Below are positions 42,062 to 52,733 of a DNA stretch of 64,000 nt, one piece after another; the stretch's first letter is position 1, and each line of letters opens with the position of its first letter. The DNA lies in NCBI GenBank assembly GCA_963754085.1, contig CAVWFA010000003.1:135854-199853 (forward strand), read 5' to 3'. This DNA is from Candidatus Aminicenantes bacterium. Lineage in GTDB: Bacteria; Acidobacteriota; Aminicenantia; Aminicenantales; Saccharicenantaceae. The translations under genes and the position numbers were made by a program. The notes beneath the pieces are model-generated. The model did not search any database. It saw only the letters and a list, made by a program, of their open reading frames with translations, and was not told the origin of the DNA.

Positions 42062-43816
42062 GTGAGGACCTTCTACGAGAACGACATCCGCCGGCGGGTC
42101 AAGGTCCTGTCCTTCCTGCTGGCCGGCTGGGGCGCGCTCGTCGCTCTGCGGCTCGTCCAGATCCAGGTCCTCGGCCACGGCCGGGCCAAGGCGGCCGTCC
42201 GGCGGCAGACGCAGGCCGAGGTCAAGGTCGAGCCCCGGCGCGGCCGCATCCTCGACCGCAACGGTGAGATCCTGGCCTGCAGCCTGCCCGCCCCGTCCGT
42301 CGCCGTCCGCCACCTCGACAACGAGACGCCCGCGGAGGAGCGCGACAAGGTCCTCGCGCTCAAGCGCGCACTCGACCTCTCCGACGGCGATGCGTCCCGC
42401 ATCCTCAGCCGCCTGCGGGACGGCGCCTCGTACACCTACGTGAAGAGCCGGATCCCCGAGCCCGACGCCGCACGGGTCGCGGCCCTCAAGCTCCCCGGCG
42501 TCGAGATCGAGCCGGGAACGAAGCGTCAATACCCTCACGGCCCCCTGGCCGCCCACGTCGTCGGCGGGATGAGCCCGGACGGCGAGAACCGGACGGGCGT
42601 CGAATCCCGCTATCATGACGTCCTGAAGGGCGAGGAGGGCAGCCAGCTCACCTACGAGGTCCGCGGCGGCCGCGACTACCAGACCCAGGTCCTGAGATCA
42701 CCCGTGCCCGGCCGGGACCTGACCCTGACGATCGACGCGACCATCCAGTACATCGCCGAGAAGGAGCTGGGCCGGGCTATCGTCGAGCACGCCGCGGATT
42801 GGGGCTCGGTCATCATCATGGACACCGGCTCGGGCGAGATCCTGGCCCTGGCCAATTGGCCGACCTACGACCTCAACAAGTACCCGTACCCTCAGGAGGC
42901 CTGGATGAACCGGGCCGTCCAGGCCAGCTACGAGCCGGGCTCGACATTCAAGATCGTCACGGCCGCCGCGGCCTGGGAGCGGAACCGGGTCGGGTCTTCC
43001 GAGCTCTTCGATTGTTCGGCCGGCTTCATCAGGGTCGGCGGCACGGTCATCACCGACCATGAGCGTTTCGGCATCCTCAGCTTCCCTCAGGTCCTGATCC
43101 GCTCCTCCAACGTCGGCACCGTCCAATTCGCCCAGCGACTCAGCATCCCGGAATACCACGGGACGATCAAGGCCTTCGGCTTCGGGCAGCGGACGGGGAT
43201 CGACCTGCCCCGGGAGGCCTCAGGATCGGTCAAACCGCCGGACAAATGGAACAAGAAGAACACCCTTCCGCACATCGCCATCGGCTACGAGATCATGGTC
43301 ACGTCCATCCAGACGCTCGTGGCCATGAATTCTTTCGCCACCGGCGGCCTCCTCGTCCGGCCCCGCGTCGTCAAGGACGCGGCCCAGGCCGGGGCGGGAC
43401 CGGCGGCCGAGGACGGCGACGGTCCGGTCCGCGTCATCAGCGAGAAGACCGCCAGGGAGCTGGTCGACCGGATCTTCACCGGCGTCGTCGAAGAAGGCAC
43501 GGCCAAGGACGGCCGCCTCGACGGCTTCGGGGCGGCCGGCAAGACCGGCACGGCCCAGAAGTACGACGACGCTCTCAAGGCCTACGTCAAGAAATACACG
43601 GCGTCCTTCGTCGGGTTCACCCCGCTCGACGAACCGCGCATCTCCGTCATCGTCGTCCTCGATGAGCCCAAGGAGCTCTATTACGGCGGCCAGGCCTGCG
43701 CGCCGGTGTTCCGGGACATCGCCAGGCAGGTCCTGCGATACCTCCGCGTCCCGCCGGAGCGGGCCTTGCCGCCCCGCGTGCTGACGGCCGGGCTCGGGAA
43801 AGAGAAAACGCCGTGA
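42062..43816 (+). CDS. ftsI: class B penicillin-binding protein (peptidoglycan D,D-transpeptidase FtsI)
   Basis: 584 aa. STFK, SSN and KTGT motifs. GTG start. Confidence 0.9.
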   Translation: MRTFYENDIRRRVKVLSFLLAGWGALVALRLVQIQVLGHGRAKAAVRRQTQAEVKVEPRRGRILDRNGEILACSLPAPSVAVRHLDNETPAEERDKVLALKRALDLSDGDASRILSRLRDGASYTYVKSRIPEPDAARVAALKLPGVEIEPGTKRQYPHGPLAAHVVGGMSPDGENRTGVESRYHDVLKGEEGSQLTYEVRGGRDYQTQVLRSPVPGRDLTLTIDATIQYIAEKELGRAIVEHAADWGSVIIMDTGSGEILALANWPTYDLNKYPYPQEAWMNRAVQASYEPGSTFKIVTAAAAWERNRVGSSELFDCSAGFIRVGGTVITDHERFGILSFPQVLIRSSNVGTVQFAQRLSIPEYHGTIKAFGFGQRTGIDLPREASGSVKPPDKWNKKNTLPHIAIGYEIMVTSIQTLVAMNSFATGGLLVRPRVVKDAAQAGAGPAAEDGDGPVRVISEKTARELVDRIFTGVVEEGTAKDGRLDGFGAAGKTGTAQKYDDALKAYVKKYTASFVGFTPLDEPRISVIVVLDEPKELYYGGQACAPVFRDIARQVLRYLRVPPERALPPRVLTAGLGKEKTP

Positions 43817-45279
43817 CGCTCAAGGACGTCCTCCAGGGGATCCCGGTCGTCGCCGCCGGCGGCGCGATGACGGAGGAGATCGCCGGCATCGCCTTCAACT
43901 CCAAGGCGGTCCGGCCCGGCTTCCTCTTCGCGGCCCTGCCCGGCGCGGCCCGCAACGGCCTGGACTTCGTGGCCGAAGCCCTGGCCAACGGCGCCGTGGC
44001 CGTCCTGTCCTCGTGGCCGAAGCCGCCGGCCGTCGACACCGCCTGGGTCCAGGTGGCCGACGCCCGCGAAGCCCTGGCCCTGGCCGCCGCGAACTTCTAC
44101 GGCCATCCCTCGGACCGGATGAAGGTGGTCGGCGTCACCGGGACCAAGGGCAAGACGACCACGACCTTCATCCTCGAGGAGATCCTGCGGGCGGCCGGCG
44201 CGGCCCCGGGGCTCATCGGGACGATCGAATACCGCCGCCCCGGCTGGACCGAGGCCGCGCCGCGGACGACCCCGGAATCCTCCGACCTGCAAGCCCTCCT
44301 CCGGGATTTCCTCGATGCCGGCGTCAGCCACTGCGTCATGGAGGTCTCCTCCCACGCCCTGGAGCAGAAGCGGGTCTGGGGCGTCAGCTACGACGTCGCC
44401 GTCTTCACCAATCTCAGCGGCGAGCACATGGACTACCACCCCAGCATGGAGGCCTATTTCGAGGCCAAGAGGAAGCTATTCTTCCTCAACCACAAGAAGA
44501 GCGCGGCGGTGGTCAATTGGGACGACCCGTGGGGCCAGAAGCTCGTCGCCGAGCTGCCCATGGCGACCGTCACCTTCGGCCTCGAGCCCGCGGCCATCGT
44601 CCGGGCCCTCAAATACATTCCCTCCGAGAACGGCATCGACGTCCAGGTCACCTACCCCGGCGGGACGATGCGGGTCCAATCGGCGCTGGTCGGCCGTCAC
44701 AACCTCTACAACCTCCTGGCGGCCGTCGGCGCCGCGCTGGCCCTGTCCGTCCCCCCGGCCGACATCGTCAAGGGCATCGCCGCCCTCAAGGGCGTGCCGG
44801 GGCGCTTCGAGCGCGTCCCCAACCGCCGCGGCATCCTCGTCGTCGTCGACTACGCCCACACGGACAACGCCCTGGAGAACCTGCTCATGACCGCCCGCGA
44901 GTTCAAGCCGCGCCGGGTCATCCTCGTCTTCGGTGCCGGCGGCGACCGCGACCGGGACAAGCGCGAGCGCATGGGCCGGGTCGCCGCCCGCCTGGCCGAT
45001 TGGACGGTGCTGACCTCGGACAACCCCCGCAGCGAGGACCCGGCGGAGATCATCGCCGCGATCGAGCGCGGCTTCACCAAAGAGGCCGTCCGGGCCTACG
45101 AGGTCGAGCCCGACCGCCGGAAAGCCATCGTCCGGGCCCTGGCCACGGCCAACAAGGGCGACATCGTCCTCGTCGCCGGCAAGGGCCACGAGAACTACCA
45201 GATCTTCAGGGACCGGACCGTTCACTTCAGCGACGTCGAGGTCGTCGAAGAGACGCTCCGCGGCACGGAGGGTTCCTGA
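43813..45279 (+). CDS. murE: UDP-N-acetylmuramoyl-L-alanyl-D-glutamate--2,6-diaminopimelate ligase
   Basis: 488 aa. GVTGTKGKTT P-loop and Mur ligase middle and C-terminal domains. The DNPR-like motif (SDNPRSED) suggests meso-DAP specificity. Confidence 0.93.
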   Translation: MTLKDVLQGIPVVAAGGAMTEEIAGIAFNSKAVRPGFLFAALPGAARNGLDFVAEALANGAVAVLSSWPKPPAVDTAWVQVADAREALALAAANFYGHPSDRMKVVGVTGTKGKTTTTFILEEILRAAGAAPGLIGTIEYRRPGWTEAAPRTTPESSDLQALLRDFLDAGVSHCVMEVSSHALEQKRVWGVSYDVAVFTNLSGEHMDYHPSMEAYFEAKRKLFFLNHKKSAAVVNWDDPWGQKLVAELPMATVTFGLEPAAIVRALKYIPSENGIDVQVTYPGGTMRVQSALVGRHNLYNLLAAVGAALALSVPPADIVKGIAALKGVPGRFERVPNRRGILVVVDYAHTDNALENLLMTAREFKPRRVILVFGAGGDRDRDKRERMGRVAARLADWTVLTSDNPRSEDPAEIIAAIERGFTKEAVRAYEVEPDRRKAIVRALATANKGDIVLVAGKGHENYQIFRDRTVHFSDVEVVEETLRGTEGS

Positions 45280-45281
45280 CC

Positions 45282-46667
45282 ATGGCCGAATGGAGGCTCG
45301 AGGAGATCGCCCGGGCCGCCGGCGGCACGGTCCTCCAAGGTCCGCCCGCGCGGAGCTTCGGCAGCTACGGCCTCGATTCGCGGACGATCGCCCCGGGTGG
45401 CCTGTTCTTCGCCATCCCCGGCCGGCGCGACGGACACGATTTCGTCGCCGCCGCGGCCGGGCGCGGCGCCGCCGGTGCCGTCGTCAGCCGGCCGGTCGCG
45501 GTCGCCGATCCGGCCTTCGGCCTCGTCCTGGTCCGGGACACGGTGGAGGCTCTCCAGGCCCTGGCCCGCGAGGTCCTGGTCCGCCGGCCGGTCAAGGTCG
45601 TCGGCGTGACCGGCAGCGTCGGCAAGACGACGACCAAGGAGTTCACGGCCGCGCTCCTGGCTTCCCGGTTCCGGGTCCTCCGGTCCGAGGGGAACTACAA
45701 CAACACCCTCGGCCTGGCCTTGTCGCTCCTCCGGCTCGATCCGGCCGACGAGGCGGCCGTCCTCGAGATGGGCATGAGCGCGCCCGGCGAGATCCGGGCC
45801 CTCACCCGCGTCGCCCCGCCCGACGTCGCCGTGATCACCAACATCAGCCCCGTCCATCTCCAGTTCTTCGCCGGCCTGGAGGAGATCGCCCTGGCCAAGA
45901 AAGAGATCCTCGACGGGGCCAAGCCCGGCGCGACGGCCGTCGTCAACGGCGATGACCCGCTCGTCGAAAAGATCGCCCGGGATTTCGCCGGCCGCAGGCT
46001 GACCTTCGGCCGGGGGGCGGCCTGCGACGTCCGGGCCGAAGGCCTCGTGTCGAAGGGCTACGCCGGCTTCGAATTCGTCCTCCGCTACGGGACCGAATCG
46101 GGCCCCGTCGCCTTCCCCTGCGTCAACGAGGCCGCGGTGGCGAACCTCCTGGCCGCCGCGGCCGTCTGCCTGTCCTTCGGGCTGCCGTTCGACGCGATCC
46201 GACCGGCCATCCGGGCCCTGAGGCCCTTCGCGATGCGGGGCACGGTGGTCGAAGCGGGTCACGGCGTCCGCATCTACGACGATTCCTACAACTCGAATCC
46301 CCGCGCCCTCGAGGCCGCGCTGAAGAGCCTGGCCGGGCTGCCGGCCCCGCGCCGGGTCGCGGTGCTGGCCGACATGCTCGAGCTCGGCCAGGGCGAATCC
46401 GCCTTCCACCGCCGGGCCGGCGAGACCGCGGCCCGGTCGGGCTGGAACGTTCTCGTCACCGTCGGTCCGCTGGCCGCGCACATCGCCGCAGGCGCGGCCG
46501 CGGCCGGACTGGACCCCGCCGCGATCCACGTCTTCGCCGATTCGGACGCCGCCGCGGCGGCCATCGCCGGGATCGTCCGCGACGGCGACCTGGTCCTGGT
46601 CAAGGGCTCGCGCGGCATGAGATCCGAGAAGGTCGTCGAGGCCCTCCGGGCTCGAGGAAAGGAGTAG
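45282..46667 (+). CDS. murF: UDP-N-acetylmuramoyl-tripeptide--D-alanyl-D-alanine ligase
   Basis: Start MAEWRLEE (in frame with ORF 44013..46667). GVTGSVGKTTTKE motif. Confidence 0.9.
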   Translation: MAEWRLEEIARAAGGTVLQGPPARSFGSYGLDSRTIAPGGLFFAIPGRRDGHDFVAAAAGRGAAGAVVSRPVAVADPAFGLVLVRDTVEALQALAREVLVRRPVKVVGVTGSVGKTTTKEFTAALLASRFRVLRSEGNYNNTLGLALSLLRLDPADEAAVLEMGMSAPGEIRALTRVAPPDVAVITNISPVHLQFFAGLEEIALAKKEILDGAKPGATAVVNGDDPLVEKIARDFAGRRLTFGRGAACDVRAEGLVSKGYAGFEFVLRYGTESGPVAFPCVNEAAVANLLAAAAVCLSFGLPFDAIRPAIRALRPFAMRGTVVEAGHGVRIYDDSYNSNPRALEAALKSLAGLPAPRRVAVLADMLELGQGESAFHRRAGETAARSGWNVLVTVGPLAAHIAAGAAAAGLDPAAIHVFADSDAAAAAIAGIVRDGDLVLVKGSRGMRSEKVVEALRARGKE

Positions 46668-46670
46668 GCC

Positions 46671-47759
46671 GTGCTGTACTGGCTGCTCGTCCCGCTCAGC
46701 GGCAAGATCTTCCTGTTCAACGTCTTCCGCTACATCACCGTGCGCACGGCGGCGGCCGGCATCACGGCGCTCCTCCTGAGCTTCCTCCTCGGCCCCCCGG
46801 TCATCCGGCTCCTCCAGCGGCGCCAGATCGGCCAGGAGATCCGGGCCGACGGCCCGAAGGCCCATTACGCCAAGAAGGGGACGCCGTCCATGGGCGGCCT
46901 CCTGATCATCCTCTGCACCGTCGTCCCCACGCTCCTGTGGGGCGACCTCGCCAACCTCTACGTCTGGGTCGCCATCCTGTCCATGATCCTGTTCGGCCTG
47001 GTCGGGCTCATCGACGACGTGCTCAAGGTCCGGCGGAAACAGTCCCTGGGGCTCCGGCCCTGGCAGAAGATGGCCCTCCAGATCGGCCTGGCGACGGCCG
47101 TCGGGCTGGTCTTCATCTGGCTGGGTTCCCACGACAATTTCAGCCTGAACCTGGTGTTCCCGTTCTTCAAGAAATGGCTCCCCTATCTCGGCTGGTTCTA
47201 CCTGCCCTGGATCGTTTTCATCCTGGTGGGGTCGTCCAACGCCGTCAATCTCGCCGACGGACTGGACGGCCTGGCCATCGGCCTGACCCTGATCAGCGCC
47301 GCGGCCCTGACCGCGCTCGTCTACATCGCCGGCAACGCCAAGTGGTCCATGTACCTCGGCATCCCCCGCGTGCCCCTGTCCGCCGAGCTGACCATCTTCG
47401 CCGGGGCGCTGGCCGGGGCCTGCCTCGGCTTTCTCTGGTTCAATTGCCACCCGGCCCAGGTCTTCATGGGGGACGTCGGAGCCCTGTCGCTCGGCGGGAC
47501 CATGGCCGTCATCGCCCTGCTCATCAAGCAGGAGTTCCTGCTCTTCACGGTGGCGGGTGTGTTCATCCTGGAAGCCCTCTCGGTGCTCATCCAGGTCAGC
47601 TACTTCAAGCTGAGCGGGGGCAAGCGTGTCTTCAAGATGGCCCCGCTCCACCACCACTTCGAGCTCTCCGGCTGGCCGGAGGGCCGGGTGGTCATCCGGT
47701 TCTGGATCCTGGGCATCATCTTCGCCCTCTTCAGCCTCTCGACCCTGAAATTGAGATAG
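46671..47759 (+). CDS. mraY: phospho-N-acetylmuramoyl-pentapeptide transferase
   Basis: 362 aa, polytopic. KKGTPSMGG, NAVNLADGLDGLA and MGDVGALSLGG motifs. Confidence 0.95.
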   Translation: MLYWLLVPLSGKIFLFNVFRYITVRTAAAGITALLLSFLLGPPVIRLLQRRQIGQEIRADGPKAHYAKKGTPSMGGLLIILCTVVPTLLWGDLANLYVWVAILSMILFGLVGLIDDVLKVRRKQSLGLRPWQKMALQIGLATAVGLVFIWLGSHDNFSLNLVFPFFKKWLPYLGWFYLPWIVFILVGSSNAVNLADGLDGLAIGLTLISAAALTALVYIAGNAKWSMYLGIPRVPLSAELTIFAGALAGACLGFLWFNCHPAQVFMGDVGALSLGGTMAVIALLIKQEFLLFTVAGVFILEALSVLIQVSYFKLSGGKRVFKMAPLHHHFELSGWPEGRVVIRFWILGIIFALFSLSTLKLR

Positions 47760-47761
47760 AC

Positions 47762-49135
47762 ATGGAACTTCGCGGCCGGAGCGTCCTCATCGTCGGCTTC
47801 GAGCGGACCGGCGAGGCACTCTGCCGTTTTCTCCTCGACCGCGGCGCCCGGGTCACCGTCAGCGACAAGAAGCCGGCCGAGGCCTTCGGATCCAAGCTCG
47901 GCCCGTTCCTCGACCGCGGCGTCGTCTTCGAGACGGGCGGCCACCGGCCGGAGACGTTCCTCGCGGCCGACCTCATCGTCCCCAGCCCGGGCGTCCCGCC
48001 CATCGCCGAGATCCTGGCCGCCCGCGACAGGGGCGTCCCGGTCCTCGCGGAGATCGAGCTGGCCGGCCTGTTCCTCAAGGGCCGGATCGTCGCGATCACC
48101 GGCTCCAACGGCAAGTCGACCACGACCACCCTCGTCCACGAGATCCTCCGGGACGCCGGCCTCCGGGCCCGCCTGGCCGGCAACATCGGCACCCCGCTCG
48201 TCTCCTTCGTCGACAGGAGCCGCGACGACGACGTCTACGTCACCGAGATCTCGAGCTTCCAGCTCGAATACACCGAGCGCTTCACCCCGGCCGTCGCCGC
48301 GCTCCTCAACGTCTCCGAGAACCACATCGACTGGCACGGCACGTTCGACCGCTACTTCGCGGCCAAGACCAAGCTCATCCTGCGCATGGGGCCGGACGGC
48401 CGGGCCGTGCTCAACCGCGACGACGCCCGCGTCTGGGGCCTTCGCGCCGAAGCGCGGGCCCGGGTCTACGGCTTCAGCCGCAAGCACCGCCTGGCCCGGG
48501 GCGCCTGTCTCGAGGACGGCTGGGTCGTCCTCCGCGACGGCGCATCCGAGAAGGTCGTTCCGGCCGCCCGGATCGCCCTGCCGGGCGCCCACAATCTGGA
48601 GAACGTCCTGGCCGCCGCGATGATCGCCCGCCTGCTGGGCGTTGCCCCCGCCTCGATCCGCCGGTCGGTCCTGGCCTTCCGCGGCCTCGAGCACCGGCTC
48701 GAAGAGGTCCTCACGGTCCGAGGCGTCCGCTTCGTCAACGACTCGAAGGCGACGACCGTCGACGCCACCCTCAAGGCCCTGGCCAGCTTCGACCGTCCGG
48801 TCGTCCTCATCCTGGGCGGCCGCGGCAAGGGCGGGGATTTCTCGCCCCTGCGCGCCGCGGTCCGGAAGCGGGCCCGCGCGGTCGTGCTCGTCGGCGAGGC
48901 CGCGGACAAGATCGAGAAGGCCCTCGGCGGCGCCGCGCCCGTCGTCCGGGCCCCGGACTACCGCGCGGTCGTCCGGACCGCCTTCGGGCTGGCCGCCCGG
49001 GGCGACATCGTCCTCCTGGCTCCGGCCTGCACGAGCTGGGACATGTTCAGGAACTTCGAGGAACGCGGCCGGACCTTCAAGCGGGAGGTCCGTCTCCTCG
49101 CCGCCGGCCTGCGGCGCAAGGGAGCCCGGGGATGA
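47762..49135 (+). CDS. murD: UDP-N-acetylmuramoylalanine--D-glutamate ligase
   Basis: Start MELRGRS (in frame with ORF 46937..49135). ITGSNGKSTTT motif. Confidence 0.95.
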   Translation: MELRGRSVLIVGFERTGEALCRFLLDRGARVTVSDKKPAEAFGSKLGPFLDRGVVFETGGHRPETFLAADLIVPSPGVPPIAEILAARDRGVPVLAEIELAGLFLKGRIVAITGSNGKSTTTTLVHEILRDAGLRARLAGNIGTPLVSFVDRSRDDDVYVTEISSFQLEYTERFTPAVAALLNVSENHIDWHGTFDRYFAAKTKLILRMGPDGRAVLNRDDARVWGLRAEARARVYGFSRKHRLARGACLEDGWVVLRDGASEKVVPAARIALPGAHNLENVLAAAMIARLLGVAPASIRRSVLAFRGLEHRLEEVLTVRGVRFVNDSKATTVDATLKALASFDRPVVLILGGRGKGGDFSPLRAAVRKRARAVVLVGEAADKIEKALGGAAPVVRAPDYRAVVRTAFGLAARGDIVLLAPACTSWDMFRNFEERGRTFKREVRLLAAGLRRKGARG

Positions 49136-50250
49136 GCGCCCGACACCGGCTCTCGTTCGACGTGCCGCTCCTCGCGGTCACGGTCATGCTGGTCGTCCTC
49201 GGCGTCTTCTTCGTCTTCAGCTCGTCGAGCTTCATGGCCCGCGAGAAATACGACCAGTCGTTCCACTTCATGATCCAGCAGGTCGTCGGCGCGCTGGCCG
49301 GGCTCGCCCTCATCGCCTTCCTGACCTCGGTCAAGAAGCCCTTCTTCCTGCAGCCCGGCTTCGTCTACGGGCTCCTCGGCCTGACCGTCTTCCTGCTCCT
49401 CCTCTGCCTGGCCATGCCCAGCGTCGCCCACACCAACCGATGGGTCATCCTCTTCGGCGTGCGCTTCCAGCCCTCGGAGCTGGCCAAGATCAGCCTCATC
49501 CTCTTCCTGGCCACTTACGCCGAGGCGAAGAAGGACACCATCAACGAGATCAAAACGCTGGCCGTGCCCGTGGCCGTGCTCATCGTCGCCATCGTCCTCG
49601 TCCTCCTCGAACCGGACTTCGGCACGGCCGTCCTGCTGGCCGCTCTGGCCGCGATGGTCCTCTTCATCGGCGGCGTCAAGCTCCGCTTCCTCGCCGCCGC
49701 CGGTCTGCTGGCCCTGGCCCTGTTCGGCTTCTATCTCGTCCAGGCCGACTATCGGGTCAAGCGGATCCAGGGGTTCCTCGCCGCAGACAAGGACGTCTTG
49801 GGGGCCGGCTACCAGGTCGAGCAGTCCAAGCTGGCTTTCGGCACGGGCGGGCTCGTCGGGGCGGGCCTCGGCCAGTCCACGCAGAAGCTCAACTTCCTGC
49901 CGTTCGCCCACACGGATTTCATCTTCGCCATCCTGGGCGAGGAGACCGGGCTCCTCGGGACCCTCTTGACCCTCGGCCTGTACCTCTTCTTCCTCTGGCG
50001 GGGGCTGAAGATCTCCCTGACCGCGCCCAGTCCCAGCTACAAGATGATCGCCGCGGGCGTCACGCTGGCCATCGTCGCCCAAGCCCTCATGAACATGTCC
50101 ATCGTCCTCGGTCTCGGACCGGCCAAGGGAACGCCCCTGCCTCTCCTGTCCTACGGCCGGTCCTCGCTCATCTGCACGCTGGCCGCCGTGGGCCTCCTCC
50201 TTCACATCAGCCAGAAGCGGAGCGACACGTGGGGACAGGTGAAGATATGA
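49132..50250 (+). CDS. ftsW: SEDS-family peptidoglycan polymerase / cell division protein FtsW
   Basis: 372 aa, polytopic. QPSELAK and HTDFIFA motifs. Positioned in the dcw cluster. Confidence 0.9.
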   Translation: MSARHRLSFDVPLLAVTVMLVVLGVFFVFSSSSFMAREKYDQSFHFMIQQVVGALAGLALIAFLTSVKKPFFLQPGFVYGLLGLTVFLLLLCLAMPSVAHTNRWVILFGVRFQPSELAKISLILFLATYAEAKKDTINEIKTLAVPVAVLIVAIVLVLLEPDFGTAVLLAALAAMVLFIGGVKLRFLAAAGLLALALFGFYLVQADYRVKRIQGFLAADKDVLGAGYQVEQSKLAFGTGGLVGAGLGQSTQKLNFLPFAHTDFIFAILGEETGLLGTLLTLGLYLFFLWRGLKISLTAPSPSYKMIAAGVTLAIVAQALMNMSIVLGLGPAKGTPLPLLSYGRSSLICTLAAVGLLLHISQKRSDTWGQVKI

Positions 50251-51347
50251 GAAGGTCTGCCGTCATCATCAGCGGCGGCGGGACCGGGGGCCACCTCTAC
50301 CCGGCCCTCGTCGTCGGCCGGAAGCTCCTCGAGCTGGCGCCGGAGATCGCGCTGACCTACGTCGGGACCCGGCGCGAGGTCGAAGGCCGCATCATGGCCG
50401 ACCACGGCGTCCGCTTCATCCCCATGCGCATCGAGGGCCTGAAGGGTCGCGGCCTCAAGAGCCTGCGCGGCCTCGTCGTCCTCCCGCTCGCCTTCGTCCA
50501 CTCGCTCGGGATCCTCGTCCGCACCCGGCCCGCGCTCGTCGTGGGCGTCGGCGGCTACAGCTCCGGCCCCATCGTCCTGCTCGCGTCGTGGTTCCGCGTC
50601 CCGACCGTCATCCTGGAGCAGAACGCCCGGCCGGGATTCACCAACCGCCTGCTGGCCCGGTTCGTGCGCAAAGCCGTCGTGGCCTTCCCCTCGACCCTGC
50701 CGGCCTTCCGGGGCAAGGGCGTCGCCCTCGGCAATCCCGTCCGCGAAGCGTTCTACGGCTTGCCGGCGAAAAAGCGCGGCCCGTCGCTCGACGTCCTGGT
50801 CTTCGGCGGCAGCCAGGGCTCCCATTTCCTCAACACCAGGATCGTCGAAGCCCTGCCGCGGCTCGCCTCCGCCAAGGACCGGCTGCGGCTCACCCACCAG
50901 ACCGGCGTCGACGATCTGGCCGAGGTCGCCGCGGCCTACCGGGCCGGCGGCTTCGACCGGGCCGAAGTGGCCGCCTATCTGCCCGACATGCCCGCCTACT
51001 TCGGCCGGGCCGACCTGGTCGTCTGCCGGGCCGGGGCGACGACGCTGGCCGAGCTCATCGCGGCCCGCAAGGCCGCCCTCCTCGTCCCCTTCGCCGGGGC
51101 GGCCGACGATCACCAGACCGCCAACGCCCGCGAGCTCGCGGCGGTCGGGGGGGCCGTGGTCCTGGCCGAAGCCGAAGCCTCCGCGGAGGCGCTGGCCGCG
51201 CGCATCCTCCGCTTCCTCGACCACCCCGAAGAGCTCGACGCCCTGGAGCGGAACGCGGCCGCGCTCCAGGCCGAGGACCCGGCCGGCCGGATCGCCGCGC
51301 TCTGCCTGTCCCTGATGACGCACGCCCCCAAGGAGTCCTTCGCGTGA
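50247..51347 (+). CDS. murG: UDP-N-acetylglucosamine--N-acetylmuramyl-(pentapeptide) pyrophosphoryl-undecaprenol N-acetylglucosamine transferase
   Basis: Start MRRSAVII (in frame with ORF 48642..51347). GGTGGHLYPAL motif. Confidence 0.95.
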   Translation: MRRSAVIISGGGTGGHLYPALVVGRKLLELAPEIALTYVGTRREVEGRIMADHGVRFIPMRIEGLKGRGLKSLRGLVVLPLAFVHSLGILVRTRPALVVGVGGYSSGPIVLLASWFRVPTVILEQNARPGFTNRLLARFVRKAVVAFPSTLPAFRGKGVALGNPVREAFYGLPAKKRGPSLDVLVFGGSQGSHFLNTRIVEALPRLASAKDRLRLTHQTGVDDLAEVAAAYRAGGFDRAEVAAYLPDMPAYFGRADLVVCRAGATTLAELIAARKAALLVPFAGAADDHQTANARELAAVGGAVVLAEAEASAEALAARILRFLDHPEELDALERNAAALQAEDPAGRIAALCLSLMTHAPKESFA

Positions 51348-52732
51348 CCAAGAAAGGCTACCGCAAGCTCAATCACATCCACATGGTCGGCATCGGCGGC
51401 ACGGGCATGAACGGCATCGCCGAGGTCCTGCTCAACCTGGGCTACAAGGTCTCCGGATCCGACCTCCAGGAGAACGACGCCACCCGCCGCCTCCGGCGCC
51501 TCGGGGCCGAGATCGCCATCGGCCACCGGGCCGAGAACCTCGAGAACGCCGACGTCGTCGTCATCTCTTCGGCCGTCCGCGAGGACAACGTCGAGGTCGA
51601 GAAGGCCCGGGCCAGCCTCATCCCGGTCATCCCCCGGGCCGAGATGCTGGCCGAGCTCATGCGGATGAAGTACGGCATCGCCGTGGCCGGCTCGCACGGC
51701 AAGACGACGACGACCAGCATGACCGCCCTCGTGCTCGAGGCCGGCGGCTTCGATCCGACCATCATCGTCGGCGGCCGGCTGAACACGATCGGGGCCAACG
51801 CCAAGCTCGGCGCCGGGGACTTCATCGTCGCCGAGGCCGACGAGAGCGACCGCTCCTTCCTCTGTCTCTCCCCCTTCATCGCCGTGCTGACCAACATCGA
51901 CGACGAGCACCTCGACCAGTACCAGGGCGTCGACGACCTCAAGACCACGTTCATCAATTTCGCCAACAAGGTCCCCTTCTACTGCCCGGTCATCCTCTGT
52001 CTCGACGATCCCAATCTCCAGAGCATCATCCCGCAGATCGAGCGCCGGGTCATCACCTACGGCTTCTCGGCCCAGTCGGACCTGACCGCCCGGGACTTCG
52101 CCTTCGACGAGTTCCGGAGCGCGTCGGTCCTCCTCCACAAGGGCCGGAAGCTGGGCGCGCTGAAGCTCCAGGTCCCCGGCATGCACAACATCCTCAACGC
52201 CATGGCCGCGACCGCCGTCGGCCTCGACCTGGATATCGCGCCCAAGACCATCCTCGACGCCCTGGCCGGCTACACCGGGACGGGCCGGCGCTTCGAGCTC
52301 CGCAAGATCGTCGACGACATCATGATCGTCGAGGACTACGCCCACCACCCGACCGAGATCAAGGCGACGCTCGAGGCGGCCAAGAGGGGCTGGCCCCGCC
52401 GCGTCGTGGCCGTCTTCCAGCCGCATCGCTACACCCGCCTGTCCAAGCTGATGACGGCCTTCGCCACCGCCTTCAACCAGGCCGACGTGCTGGTGCTGAC
52501 GGAGATCTACCCGGCCGGCGAGGATCCCATTCCCGGCGTCACCGGACGGGCCCTCCATGAGGAGGTCCGCCAGTTCGGCCACAAGCAGGTCTATTTCGAA
52601 CCCGACCTGAAGAGGATCGGCGCGCTCCTCCGGACCATCCTCGTTCCCGGCGACCTGGTCCTCGTCCTGGGGGCCGGCAACGTCAACAGGACCATCCCCG
52701 ACATCATCGCGGAGCTGGAGGCGAAAGGCTGA
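51344..52732 (+). CDS. murC: UDP-N-acetylmuramate--L-alanine ligase
   Basis: GTG start (VTKKGYRKLNHIHMVGIGGTGM), in frame with ORF 50588..52732 and overlapping the murG stop. GSHGKTTTTSM motif. Confidence 0.92.
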   Translation: MTKKGYRKLNHIHMVGIGGTGMNGIAEVLLNLGYKVSGSDLQENDATRRLRRLGAEIAIGHRAENLENADVVVISSAVREDNVEVEKARASLIPVIPRAEMLAELMRMKYGIAVAGSHGKTTTTSMTALVLEAGGFDPTIIVGGRLNTIGANAKLGAGDFIVAEADESDRSFLCLSPFIAVLTNIDDEHLDQYQGVDDLKTTFINFANKVPFYCPVILCLDDPNLQSIIPQIERRVITYGFSAQSDLTARDFAFDEFRSASVLLHKGRKLGALKLQVPGMHNILNAMAATAVGLDLDIAPKTILDALAGYTGTGRRFELRKIVDDIMIVEDYAHHPTEIKATLEAAKRGWPRRVVAVFQPHRYTRLSKLMTAFATAFNQADVLVLTEIYPAGEDPIPGVTGRALHEEVRQFGHKQVYFEPDLKRIGALLRTILVPGDLVLVLGAGNVNRTIPDIIAELEAKG

Positions 52733-52733
52733 C